Source of the DNA: a virus
DNA: 64,000 bases
Direction: 5' to 3' (one strand)
IMG/VR virus record: IMGVR_UViG_3300020177_001482
Span: 24,898 to 88,897 of that record
Shown one piece after another: positions 47,157-58,300 of this stretch (position 1 is its first letter; every line of letters begins with the position of its first letter). Both the position numbers and the translations under genes were made by a program. A model generated the notes under the pieces. The model was not told where the DNA came from, made no database searches, and saw only the letters and a program-made list of their open reading frames with translations.

Positions 47157-48698
47157 TTAATACTCCTTCAACATTGAGTCGTACTTGCCTTTAACGAACG
47201 GTTTTGCCATAAAACCCAACACGCCACACAGTGATTCTCCCACCAATCTCACGCATTTTCCAAATAAACTTCCTTTGTTCCTAGCACCAACTTTGTATGA
47301 TATCTCGTGTGCCCTTGCTCGAGCAAAACTCAAAGTAGTGGATATTGCAAACCTGTGCCATAGTTTTGTTGAATCTTCGTGCTTCTCCATCCATCTCACC
47401 AACGGAATCGCCCACAGCCAGTAACCAATCTTGACATTGTCACTGATGTTCTGTCTGGTCCACTCGTAGTCGCTCTGTAAATCTGTGAGATCGATCATGC
47501 CCCTGTGATGAAAGTAGGTGCAGATCACACGTATATTTCCATCATTTTCATTGGATTTGCATTGATAGCCTTTGGGGGAATTTGTGGTAATCGGACCCCA
47601 GTACATTGTTTGTTTAGCAACAATAGGGGTGATCCTGCCACCGCCTGGATCACTATCTATATAAGTGGGATCTGGTTGTCCGGCCGAGCCCGCTGTTCCA
47701 GATGTTAGGTTTCCTGTGGCGTTCCCAAACGCCGCATAGTTTATAGTGAACAGTATGTCAGTGGCGTAGATGGCCTTCCATACACCAGACACCTTGTAGT
47801 AGCCCGCTGTCACTTCTTTCCATGCACCTGAAACTTTGTTGAAAATTTGGTTTAATTTTTTCCATTCTCCGCCAACTTTGTAGTTTGCTTTGGATGGAAT
47901 CGTGAATATCAATACCGCTTTCCCATCACCACCGTTCTGTTGTGAGGTACCGCCCGTCGCAATGCCTGTGCTGTAGTGACCTGATCCAGATCCCGCTGGT
48001 GTTATTCCAGATCCTTTGTCTGCTGATCCACCTGCAGGCACAGTGTCTGATCCGGCCTTGCCTCCGAATCCGCCAACATCACCTTGGTCTCCAGATCCTC
48101 CAGTGCCGCCCGCGGCTCCACCGCCGCCTGCTCCACCACCACCACCGTTGGCAGAGTGTCCTGCTCCGTTCTCTCCCAATGTTGCTGGTGATCTCGCTGT
48201 GGCTGAGTTCGTGTTAGCACCTGTACCACCTGAGGTGTATGAACCACCTCCACCACCACCGGCTCCGCCGCCAGCAAGTGCTAGTACAGTTTGATTTATT
48301 GCGGCACCGTCATCGAACAGGGTGACCACAGTGGCTCCTCCGCCACCTCCGCCTGAACCTGATGGTCCGTCAGCACCTGATGAGCCTCCCTTGCCGCCTG
48401 AATAATTTGTTAAACTTTTTCCATTTGTTCCGCCACTTGCTCCGGCACCTGATGTTCCCGACTCACCACCGCCACCAACACTCACTGATATGTTCTTAAC
48501 TCCAGCGTATGAAGTCATGTCTATGTCAGTGGCTGTCACATACGTTCCGGCAGAACCACTTCCGCCAACTGCGACATCGTTTCCGCCTCCGCCTCCGGCT
48601 CCACCCCATAGATGTATTGTCAGAAGTGTTGTCCCTGGTGGGACATCAGCAATTCTAACGCCGCCTTCATATGTGAAAGTCTTAGTGACTGTGGACAT
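47157..48698 (-). CDS. Glycine-rich tail-fibre-like protein
   Basis: Poly-Gly GGGGG repeats, three KVxGxWK repeats, distinct helical C-terminal domain starting VICT. Confidence 0.7.
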   Translation of the reverse strand: MSTVTKTFTYEGGVRIADVPPGTTLLTIHLWGGAGGGGGNDVAVGGSGSAGTYVTATDIDMTSYAGVKNISVSVGGGGESGTSGAGASGGTNGKSLTNYSGGKGGSSGADGPSGSGGGGGGATVVTLFDDGAAINQTVLALAGGGAGGGGGGSYTSGGTGANTNSATARSPATLGENGAGHSANGGGGGAGGGGAAGGTGGSGDQGDVGGFGGKAGSDTVPAGGSADKGSGITPAGSGSGHYSTGIATGGTSQQNGGDGKAVLIFTIPSKANYKVGGEWKKLNQIFNKVSGAWKEVTAGYYKVSGVWKAIYATDILFTINYAAFGNATGNLTSGTAGSAGQPDPTYIDSDPGGGRITPIVAKQTMYWGPITTNSPKGYQCKSNENDGNIRVICTYFHHRGMIDLTDLQSDYEWTRQNISDNVKIGYWLWAIPLVRWMEKHEDSTKLWHRFAISTTLSFARARAHEISYKVGARNKGSLFGKCVRLVGESLCGVLGFMAKPFVKGKYDSMLKEY

Positions 48699-48702
48699 GG
48701 GA

Positions 48703-50118
48703 TTAAGCCTCCCTTACGAACCAGAAGTCCCCGTCGCTTCCGTCACTGCCCGTTGGGTTGGAAGTTGAAACTGTTTTTTGAGATCCACCCCATTGATTGC
48801 TTAGAGTGGCCACCGCGCCTATCGTTGGTACATTGGTGTTTGATGTGTCAGTGTATGTAATAGATCCAACAGCACCCAACGTCATTGAAGTTGCTTTGAC
48901 ATTTCCGCCCGCTGTGGTTTTCAAAACTTTGCCCTTGTTGGCATCACCGTCCTCGACTGCGTCCGCCAATCTTATCACCTGTGAGTAACTTTGATTTTCA
49001 CCCGCTGACCAGTAGTTCTCAGACACATCATAGAACATCCTTGCATCATCCGTATCAGATGTGTCAACTATGAGTCCTGCGTCTACTTCTGAGTTGCCAG
49101 AGTTGACCTTGATGAATGCGTCATCATAGGTCGATACGTTAGAAGTCGAACTGTTGTACTCTCCTGATATGTTCAGATTACCTGTGATTGTTACATCACC
49201 AGTCAGTGCGATGTTTCCTGATGCACCCGTGAATGCCAGAGGAGTCTTTGTTACACCCCCATCATTGATCGTGAAACTCAAATCCTTGTCTTGAGATGTC
49301 TGTGCTATAGTGACATCATTGCTTGAAACTGATATTGTTAATTCCTGTGCGTCACCTATGATGACACCTGTGTCATTGTCCACTGTCAGTGCACCTGTTG
49401 TGGTGTCTGACGCATCTGCCCTTAGGAAATTTCCACCTGCGATGACTGTTGCTGAAGTGTTAGACGTGCTAGACACATCAATTGATGATGCTTCTGTCGT
49501 TGATCCTTCGAACACCGCACCCAAAGTTGAATTTAGTGTAAGTCCTGCTTTAACTGTTGCAAACCCTGCCTGAGATGCCGATGGGGTAAATGTTTCTTTT
49601 GAGAGTATCGCTACCCTTGTGCCACCTGCGTACATAGAAGAGACAACTTTGTTTCCCCCTGCACTGGCCAATGTCTCTATCTTCCAACCTGATTCCGTCT
49701 GTCCTGCTGTGAATGCCGGGCCTACCAATTCCCATTTGTCATTGACCTGGTGTGATCTCGAATCTCCTGTGTAAACGAACACTTGATCATTCGTTGCATC
49801 CAACCAGAGGTCACCCGCTGATGGTGACGTTGGCAGTGTAGTGCTTGATTTTGCACCACCTGTGGGTTTGAAACTTGTGCCGTCGTACACTTTAATTTGG
49901 CTTGTTGTGGTGTCAAACCATAATTCACCCTTCAAAGGTGCTGTGGGTGCCGCGGTTGAGGCCGCGTTCTCCAGCAACTTGACTAGGTTTTCGTTTAATG
50001 CTTCACCAAAACCTGAATATGATTTACCAAACAACTGCAACGAAGTGGTGTTGTCCACCGTTCCGTCTGTGATCGTTGTTACTACTGTTCCGTCTGTTTT
50101 GTTAATTGTGTACGCCAT
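48703..50118 (-). CDS. Tail fibre/baseplate protein (paralogue, no chaperone domain)
   Basis: MAYTINKT..GKSYSGFGEALNENLVKLLEN; ends GSDGDFWF. Confidence 0.75.
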   Translation of the reverse strand: MAYTINKTDGTVVTTITDGTVDNTTSLQLFGKSYSGFGEALNENLVKLLENAASTAAPTAPLKGELWFDTTTSQIKVYDGTSFKPTGGAKSSTTLPTSPSAGDLWLDATNDQVFVYTGDSRSHQVNDKWELVGPAFTAGQTESGWKIETLASAGGNKVVSSMYAGGTRVAILSKETFTPSASQAGFATVKAGLTLNSTLGAVFEGSTTEASSIDVSSTSNTSATVIAGGNFLRADASDTTTGALTVDNDTGVIIGDAQELTISVSSNDVTIAQTSQDKDLSFTINDGGVTKTPLAFTGASGNIALTGDVTITGNLNISGEYNSSTSNVSTYDDAFIKVNSGNSEVDAGLIVDTSDTDDARMFYDVSENYWSAGENQSYSQVIRLADAVEDGDANKGKVLKTTAGGNVKATSMTLGAVGSITYTDTSNTNVPTIGAVATLSNQWGGSQKTVSTSNPTGSDGSDGDFWFVREA

Positions 50119-50128
50119 TTGTGTATAT

Positions 50129-51625
50129 TTAGCACCTTCCCACTACTATATTAATCGTGCCTATTTGCTCTGAATCGTAGTCCTCTAATGCTTTTCCTAT
50201 TACTTCTCCAACCTGTGGCTCGTGTGTCTTCTTTGCTACTCCATGGTTGTTTGGATCGGTAGACAGCATGTCTCCTTTGACAATGTGTCCTACTACCTTG
50301 CAAGGCACTTTACCCATTAGTGCAACAGGTTGTCCTTCTGATTCCGAATTCATCAAGTAAGCAGGTTTGCCACTGATGACGCCCGCAACTCTTGGATCAT
50401 TGCCTTCTGTTGAAATTGTTACTTCTTTTTCTCCGCCAAACACGACCACTGTGCCAACTTCGTACTCCGCATCAGTGTCGTAGATCTCCGCCAAGTCAGC
50501 GTACTGCGCCGATGTTGCTTTAGCATATACAGTGTTGTATTTCTTACTGCTCGAACCTATGTCGTAACTTAATGTTGTATCTGGTAATATCGCTTTCGAT
50601 GTTAGATTGCCTCCCATTGTGAGGGTTGTCATTGAATTGGCACCAGTGCTGGTGATGTTACCCGTTACATTTCCTGTAAGCGGTCCTGCAAACGCAGTAG
50701 ATGTTGTTGTGCCTGCAATGTCTAATTTTGTAGTTGGTGTGGTTGTACCTATACCAATCTTGGATTCAGAACCATCTATGGTCATAACTGTAGTTGTTGT
50801 TCCGCCGTCGTTGACCTTGAATGTTATGTCTGTGTCCTGTGCAGTGTTAGAAATTATTCCTCCGGAAGCGTCCACCGTCAAAGTTAAATCTGAATCGACA
50901 CCAACGATTAATCCCCCGTCATTGGCGATGCTGATTGTACCTGATGTTGTGTCGTTTGCGTTGGCCCTCAGATAGTTCGCCGCCGCTACCCCGCCCAGTG
51001 CGTCTGCATCAGTGGCCGACCCTGCAAATTTCAAATCCGCTATGTCTGTTGATAAAGTTATTCCTTTTGTTATCGATGAGAAACCTGCTATCGCTGATTT
51101 TGGAGTGAAAGTGTCTTCTGATATTATCGCTATGAGGTTCCCATCATTGAACAATTTTGTTATGTTCTGTGATGAATCTCCCGAATCCAATATAGTGTCG
51201 TATGTGAATCCATTTGTTGTACCTGTGGAACTAGGTGGTCCCACCAACACCGATGCCGTGCCGTTGTAAAAATAAAGTTGTCCTGTGTCTGAATCTATCC
51301 AAAGGTCACCCGCGGACAGACCAGAAGGTGCACTCTGTTGATATGGTGCACTACCTCCTGCTGTCTGGAATGCTGTTCCGTTGTACACCTGCAATTTGGC
51401 ATTTGTCGAATCCCACCATAACTGTCCTTCGATGGGTTTGGTAGGTGCCGAAGTGTTTGAGAAATTTTCAAGTAGATGTAGAAAATTTTCCGCTATGACT
51501 TCACCATAACCTGCATAACCTTTTCCTATGAAACTTAGATCAGTCTGAGTGTTGATCACACCATCCTGTACAGTGTACTGGTTAGGCGAACTAGAACTAT
51601 TTGTCTTGTTTACAGTGTATGCCAT
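50129..51625 (-). CDS. Tail fibre/baseplate protein with C-terminal peptidase G2-like chaperone
   Basis: Same N-terminal module; ADLAEIY, GVISGKPAYLMN, VALMGKVPCKV, IGKALE. Confidence 0.75.
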   Translation of the reverse strand: MAYTVNKTNSSSSPNQYTVQDGVINTQTDLSFIGKGYAGYGEVIAENFLHLLENFSNTSAPTKPIEGQLWWDSTNAKLQVYNGTAFQTAGGSAPYQQSAPSGLSAGDLWIDSDTGQLYFYNGTASVLVGPPSSTGTTNGFTYDTILDSGDSSQNITKLFNDGNLIAIISEDTFTPKSAIAGFSSITKGITLSTDIADLKFAGSATDADALGGVAAANYLRANANDTTSGTISIANDGGLIVGVDSDLTLTVDASGGIISNTAQDTDITFKVNDGGTTTTVMTIDGSESKIGIGTTTPTTKLDIAGTTTSTAFAGPLTGNVTGNITSTGANSMTTLTMGGNLTSKAILPDTTLSYDIGSSSKKYNTVYAKATSAQYADLAEIYDTDAEYEVGTVVVFGGEKEVTISTEGNDPRVAGVISGKPAYLMNSESEGQPVALMGKVPCKVVGHIVKGDMLSTDPNNHGVAKKTHEPQVGEVIGKALEDYDSEQIGTINIVVGRC

Positions 51626-52350
51626 TAGTATCCTGTGTTACCACCTGACGTTGTTCCACTCACTGTGTTTGAAGTTGACAGTGCCGTTGAACTTGTTTCA
51701 GTGAAGGTTGTTAAACTCTGTATCCTCAATGTGTAATCTATCTGTATAAGTCTGTTCAATGACTTCTGTACCGGGTGGAATATCACGTGTGTCAACAACT
51801 TGTTGGTTGAACCGTTCTCTGTTCCTTCCCAACTCTTGAGGCCCAGTTCATCGAAAACGTAGTCACCGTTGAAATCTGTCGTGTTGTCGAATGCCGCCTG
51901 TCCTGTTGGCTCACCGTAGTCCAATGTGCAGGTGACAACGATGTCTGTGTACTTGTTACCGGCAGTGTGTCTCACCTCCATCTTGTTCCTTGTGGTGTCC
52001 TTGTTTGTTGCACTGTTGTCATCTACCACTTTGTAATAAGTCTGGTTGTACAATGTTGCGTTTGTGCCTGTTGAGTTTGGTGTGAGATAAGTGATTACAC
52101 CCGTTGGGTCAACGCTGGTACCACCATTGCCCAATGCGATCTCATGCACGAATCCTGTTGATTTGTTCGCCAATGAATTGGCCAACGCCTGAGACATGTT
52201 CTCGTAGTGTATCGCATTTCTCTTGTCTACGATAACCTCACCTGTCTCTGGATCTGAAATCTTTATGTGCCCCGTCATCATAACACCCGTGTTATCCTGA
52301 GGTTTACTGTTCTCTTCTTTTGATTCTGTGGGTTTGTTGTCCTGTGTCAT
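51625..52350 (-). CDS. Virion structural (baseplate-like) protein
   Basis: GHIKI.D..KRNAI, FDELGL, THVIFHPVQKSLNR.IQIDYTLRI; TAAATA 6 nt upstream. Confidence 0.7.
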   Translation of the reverse strand: MTQDNKPTESKEENSKPQDNTGVMMTGHIKISDPETGEVIVDKRNAIHYENMSQALANSLANKSTGFVHEIALGNGGTSVDPTGVITYLTPNSTGTNATLYNQTYYKVVDDNSATNKDTTRNKMEVRHTAGNKYTDIVVTCTLDYGEPTGQAAFDNTTDFNGDYVFDELGLKSWEGTENGSTNKLLTHVIFHPVQKSLNRLIQIDYTLRIQSLTTFTETSSTALSTSNTVSGTTSGGNTGY

Positions 52351-52359
52351 CTAGTGTAT

Positions 52360-55300
52360 TTATTCAGGTGCGTTTGTGGGTTCATTAGCAATGAATTTAG
52401 CCTGTTGAGTGCTTGATGCTTGTAATCCTTTACCATCCGCTGGATTACCATCTAGTGCCGTGTACCAAACCTGTCCTTTCTTGTGTAAAATTTTAATCTG
52501 TGTGCCTGAAGCAGGTGCTGTGCTCAATGTTACAGCAGTCGTGCTTCCGTCCACAGAGTAGTTGATAGTTGATCCATCCTCGCTAGTGAGCAACAATCGT
52601 TGGCCACCAATGAATATGTCTAACTCACTAGCGGATGATGGTGCTTGTGATAGTGCGAATGTTGCCGTGCTACCATCACCTGTGAAGGTGTTGGTGTACA
52701 CAGTGTCCGCATAAGGGATGGTTTGAGTACCAGACGCATCTACCACTTCAGTGCCTGATCCATGCTCCTTAATTCCTGTACCAAGTGTTCCACGTCTTAG
52801 TTGTCCCAACGTGTTACCTGATTTCGTAAAGTATTCTATTCTCTCTTTGTCTATGAATATGACACCAGGGAGGTTCGCAGATGCGTTTGGTGTTGGTAGC
52901 ACACTTGCATCTTCCACTGTTATGGTCTGTGTTCCTGCAGTCATATCTACTGTTAATTTTGTTGTTCCTGTTTTACTGATACGTTTGTAGAACGTCCTAT
53001 TCATCATGTCCTTGAATATTCTGAATCCTGTGGCACCCGTCGCTGATTCTATAGCAAAGTACATCACATCCAGTCTATCGCTTGAAGTAATCGTCTTGCC
53101 GTAGACTGTGATAGTGTTGCCACTTACCAGGTAATCTGATCCTTGTACCAATTGCTCTCCATTCAACCACACGTATGTGTATCCTGCGTTCAGGGTGTCG
53201 AACCTCAACTTGAACACGCCACTTGGTCTTCCTTCGAGAACTTCTCTTCTTTGTTTCATTCCCAATGCATTATTAAATGTAGTCACTGACAATACATCAC
53301 TTGCAGTCAAACTGTAAGGAGATGTTATCGCACTAGGAACTAAAATTATGTCCGTGCCTTCGTTGTAATACTGATTATCTACCAATGTTGATATGCAGAT
53401 CACATCTGTCGAAGTAGGCACTGATGCAGTCACAAATTCGATGTTTTGATTCCCAATGTCCACAGTGTAGTCGGTGTTTAGATCTTTTTTCGTTCCGTTA
53501 ACAAACACCTGTACCTGGCTTGCCGTTGTGATTGTTTTTGCTGGATCAACGGTTGAATCATCTTCCAGTCCTGACACTACACCGTATGTGTATGTGCTTC
53601 CATCACCCACGTAGTAGGTGTTGTCCGGTCCTCGTAGCACCCTTCCGTTTACTTCTACAGTTGTGAGTCCTGAGAATGGTCCTATGGCACCGGGTGGATA
53701 TGTCAGCGTGTGTCTGTTTGTTGAACCATCGTAAGTTATGGTTTGATTTCTAACACTTGCATAACTTCTTGTAGATGTTGCGGATTTGTTGAATCCAGCA
53801 ATCTGTATGTAAGAACTTGCCGCTGGTGCTGAATCGAATATCACTGTGATCGTGTTGGCCGCAGTCGTTGTCGTGTATGCAGTGGTTGGCACTCCGTCTA
53901 TTGTAACGTACATGTCAGAGGACGTTGAATCTAGATTGAATTCTCCCCTTGTTGAAGTTAAGAAAGTTGTTGTGCTACCGTCACCTGTGAACGTGTTTAG
54001 CACTCTGTAATTCTCTCCCGATATTGCAAACACCCTTGTTGATATGACACTGTTGTTTGCAGGTGCAGATGTAAATGTAATTGTTTTGTTTGCAACATTG
54101 ACGCTGTAGTCTGTTGTTGATTTTTTCACAGATCCATTTACACTCACTGTGACAGAACCTAGCGTTCCTGGATAGTCTCCAATACTGAATGTTGTTGTAC
54201 TTCCGTTACCTCTGTGATTCATCTCGCTTATAAAAGGCACACCCGACTCTGGCGATGTGTAAACCTTGATGTCTAACGTGTCAAATAGTTGTCCTGGAAT
54301 AACCTCTTCTGGAGCGTAACTTGTGTCCGGAGAAACGAAATCATCTCCTTCCAATACTATATCACTAGGTGCATGTCCCAATGCTGATGTGAAGAGACCT
54401 CCTTTGATAATAGAATCTAACGTCCTGTCATCGGTCGGAGTAAGAACGCCGTCGTCATCGAAAGGTATGAACTCAACCAATGCGTTTGCTTCTGGTGTTT
54501 CGCTGATAGTGAACGTTGCGGTTGATCCATCACCCCTGATGACATCTGAAAGTTTCTTCCTTGTGCTGTCATCCTGTGTCAGGTAAACTTGATAAACATC
54601 AGTTGATGCTGGTGCAGTGTCAAACGTGTATGCCGTTGTCGATCCGTCTGCTCTGAACGCCTTGACCCTGGAACCTCCATAATTGTCCCATGGGAAGTCA
54701 TACCAACCCGATTTGTCCCAGCCCGCTTCTTGTGAAAATATTAGACCTGTGACCATTGTGCCACCGTAGTCGACACCTGTCATCACTTGGTCCAGTTCAT
54801 TGCCTGGCATTCCGGACCCTGGTGTGTAGAATCCTTTGGTCCTGTCCGCCGCTGTCAATCCTGTCTCATTTCCATAAACCTTATATACACTCCCTATGTT
54901 GTCATCGAAATCTGTGCTTGATGTGAATGCGTTTGTGACTTTGTAAAGCTCATTGTTATATCTGATGAGATCGTTGTAGGCATAACTTGTGCTTGCCACC
55001 CAATCTACTACCCTTGACGTGCTAGACACCCTGTCAAATTTTATAGTTGTGTCAAAATCCCTAACGAGATCATTGTTCAAGTTTGCGTAGGCCTTGGCTG
55101 TGTCTGTTGGTGTTGTTCCGTCTATCTTACCACCTGATATAATAACTGTTGGAGTTGCTGTGTAGTTTGCACCTATACCTGTTACATTTATTTTTGTCAC
55201 TGCACCACCTTGTATAATAGCAGTGGCAGTTGCCGCTGTTGTGGCAGGCGTCACGTACATCTTGAAAGTGCCTGACTTGTCGCTCTCTGACTCCCTGACC

Positions 55301-58300
55301 GATGCTGTTGGTCCATAGAACGTGTCTGTGTAACCATCAAATGTGTAAGTCTTGGTCGTGCCCGAACCTGAATTCTGTGTGTCATATATTTCCGCCTGCT
55401 TCTCGCTAGTGAACAACGGATAGTAGTAACCAAATTGTCCGCTTGTCGCACCTGAACTACTGGTAGCCTGTATCTGGAACGGTCCCGTTGATCCTGTCGT
55501 CCCACCAACTATGGTTACTGTTGGGGCAACCTCGTATCCTGAGCCACCTGCTGTGACGGTTATTGACTGAACGTACTTCTTGTGGTAGTCATACCACATC
55601 TGGTATGGATACTCTGTCAATTTCGCCGTGTCTGAATCAACGTTCAAACTCCTGATCTTGCCTGTCGTGGCATCATAGAAAGTGGGGTTGTCAAAGTCCG
55701 AGAATATACCGTCCTGTGTTTCCGTCTTGTCATAACCCAGTTTGTATTCCCTTAATTTTGTGTGGAATGGTTTGACTTCGTTGATGTAACTTTCTATCCA
55801 ACTGTCTGTGCCCGTTGTGTATGTCTTCCTTTGGTCCAGTTGTCTGACAGAGTTTTTAGCATTTATGAATGAGGTTTTGAACATCCAGTCCACATACGTC
55901 TGTTCAGAAAGTACTTTTCGTAAACCGGTGAAGAACAATGTGTTGTATTCGCCTGCTAGGTCATTTATGAATAGGTCATCCCTCAATGCAGTCAACACTT
56001 TCCTGGTCTCCGTGCTTGGTTCTTGGTCAAAGAAGTTGTCATCGAAGTTGTCCTGTCCTGCAAAGCCGGATGCATCTTGGCTGTAGTCGTAAAGTCGAGT
56101 GCTCAACCTGATGGTTCCGTTTTCTGTTCCCACGTTTTCCCATCCGTCCGCCGTTCTCATGAACAGTTTCCATCCACCGGTGTCCGCACTTGTGACGTTG
56201 ACATGTTTACCTATAGCAAGGTCCAGTGTGTCCAGTTCGTATTGGTACGTTACCTGTTTGTCTATCTTGGTGTTCTCATCATGCACCATATCTCCGTCTG
56301 TCTTGTACCAATCCGTGTACCTCCAGTATGCAGAAGTGTTGTAGGTTTGTATCTTGGTCCTTGACCATTCCGTGCCATCCCAGGTGTATATCGCCCAGTA
56401 GTTGTTGGCTGTCTCATCTGCCTTGACCAAGTAGTTCGTGGTGCCTGATATGTCTGTTGTGTTCACATATGTCAATTCCGCGTATGTGTCCACCGAAGCG
56501 TCCCATTCGCCGCTCTGTGCTGTGGGTTCCGGATCTTGGGAATCCAGGTTTGTTAGATTGACCTGTCCCACCAGTTGATTTTTCTTCAATACACTGTTTG
56601 CGTAGTCTATGATCTCTTTCAGTGCATCATACCTGTCCACGTACCAGCTCTGTCTCGGTCTGATGTTGTTGCCGTATCTCTCGTTCAGCGGAAGATTTAA
56701 ATCTGGTACAATGTCACCTGCAGAATTTTTACCTATCAACGAGTCCCACCAACGAGTCTCTATCTGCTGTCCTGGCCTGTAGTCGGCATCGCCTTCCCTG
56801 ACCAATTTCCAAACACTGTGTGAATCACCCTCAAATGTGTTTGTCCTTATATCCACATTCAGCACTACATCGTCATTGGTTAAATTTGATATGTTGTTCA
56901 ATAGTAATTTGTTGGTGTCAGTGATAGAATAATACTTGTAATCAAATGCCCTAGGATTTGCAATCAGGTTGGCAACAAACGCCACTGTGTTCTTCCTGTG
57001 TTGGTGTATGTGTTTATCTCCGTCTAATCTGTTTGCGGGCAGTGTTGTTTTACCTTTAACCCAGTAGTAGTAGAAGTTTACGAAACTATCTAGTCTTGAA
57101 TCATACTTCTGCACCACAGTGTAATTGGAATCATCACCGTACAGTGCAGTTCCTGATATTGTTGATCCTATGCCCTCAGCCCTGGTGTTCCATTCACTCG
57201 GCAGGAGCCTTGACTCTACCCATTCATAAACATCTATGCTCGAACCTGGGAAAGTCTGTCCCCAGTGATTGTGCTTGTATTCCTGTGTGTCTTGTTCGTA
57301 CCACAACCATTTGACCGTTGACAGATCCCACCATACCTCTCCTATGTGTGTGTCCGCCCAAGGTGTCTTGATGTTTGCTTTGTCTCCCACGTTGTAGGTC
57401 GCTGGATCCCACGCAGTCTTGATGTTGATCTCCCTGTCTGCTATACCAAGGATCCTGCCTTTTATAGGATCATATAAATCATAATAGTCTCGTATTTGTT
57501 TTGTTTTTTTATTAAATTCAAAAACTTTGCCCAGTTTATCAGTATCCATCAACGGTGTTTCAGATACTAAGTTCTTCCATGCATATTGACCATTCACTGT
57601 AAGATCGTAACACGCTACAGTACCATCATTTACTACCTTGGTGCTTCCATCTGACGTTGTGTTGCCGTCGTCTTTTGGTGCACCAACAAAAACAGAATTG
57701 TCAATGACACAAACGCCTCTGCCAAAGTCATCGTCTGCTGTGACATTGTCCGCCATTAGTCTGTCATCCACGACGAATTTCGTGTTGTACATGGTTGCCG
57801 TGAATGCCCCTCCGGATCCTGTGTTGCTGTCCACTATGGTAGTGTCCTGTAGGTCAAATGTTGTCTCCCCTGCGTCAAATTTCATTTCCCTAGAGCTGGC
57901 GAAGTTTTCAGCACCTATGATCAATCTTGTACCAGCATTGTTAATGTCTAGGCTTGTCCCAAACTTCATGTTGGTGCTCGAACTTGGTGCACTTATGGTT
58001 TGTTGCAGTGTATATGTGTTGGTTGAATCGTCTGCGTTCCATTTGTAGTAGTATATGGCTCCTGCATCTGGATGTGCAGTGCCGTCGACACCCGGTGCAC
58101 CTATGATAAGTGTGGTACCATCCTTGCTCATTGCTATAGATTCGCCAAACGCTGTGTTGATACTTGAACCGTCTGAAGCCACACCCGTTATGGTCTGTGC
58201 AAGTGTGAATGAATTCTGTGTGCTACCATCATTGCTCTGTGATGTCTTAATGAATATCTCTACCTTGCCCGCGTTGCCTGGTGCGAGTGAACTTACAGCC

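Noticed and set aside
47900-48620. ccgcc/ccacc repetitive GC-rich DNA
   Set aside because: Explained by poly-Gly coding; not Gly-X-Y collagen and not a DNA repeat element.
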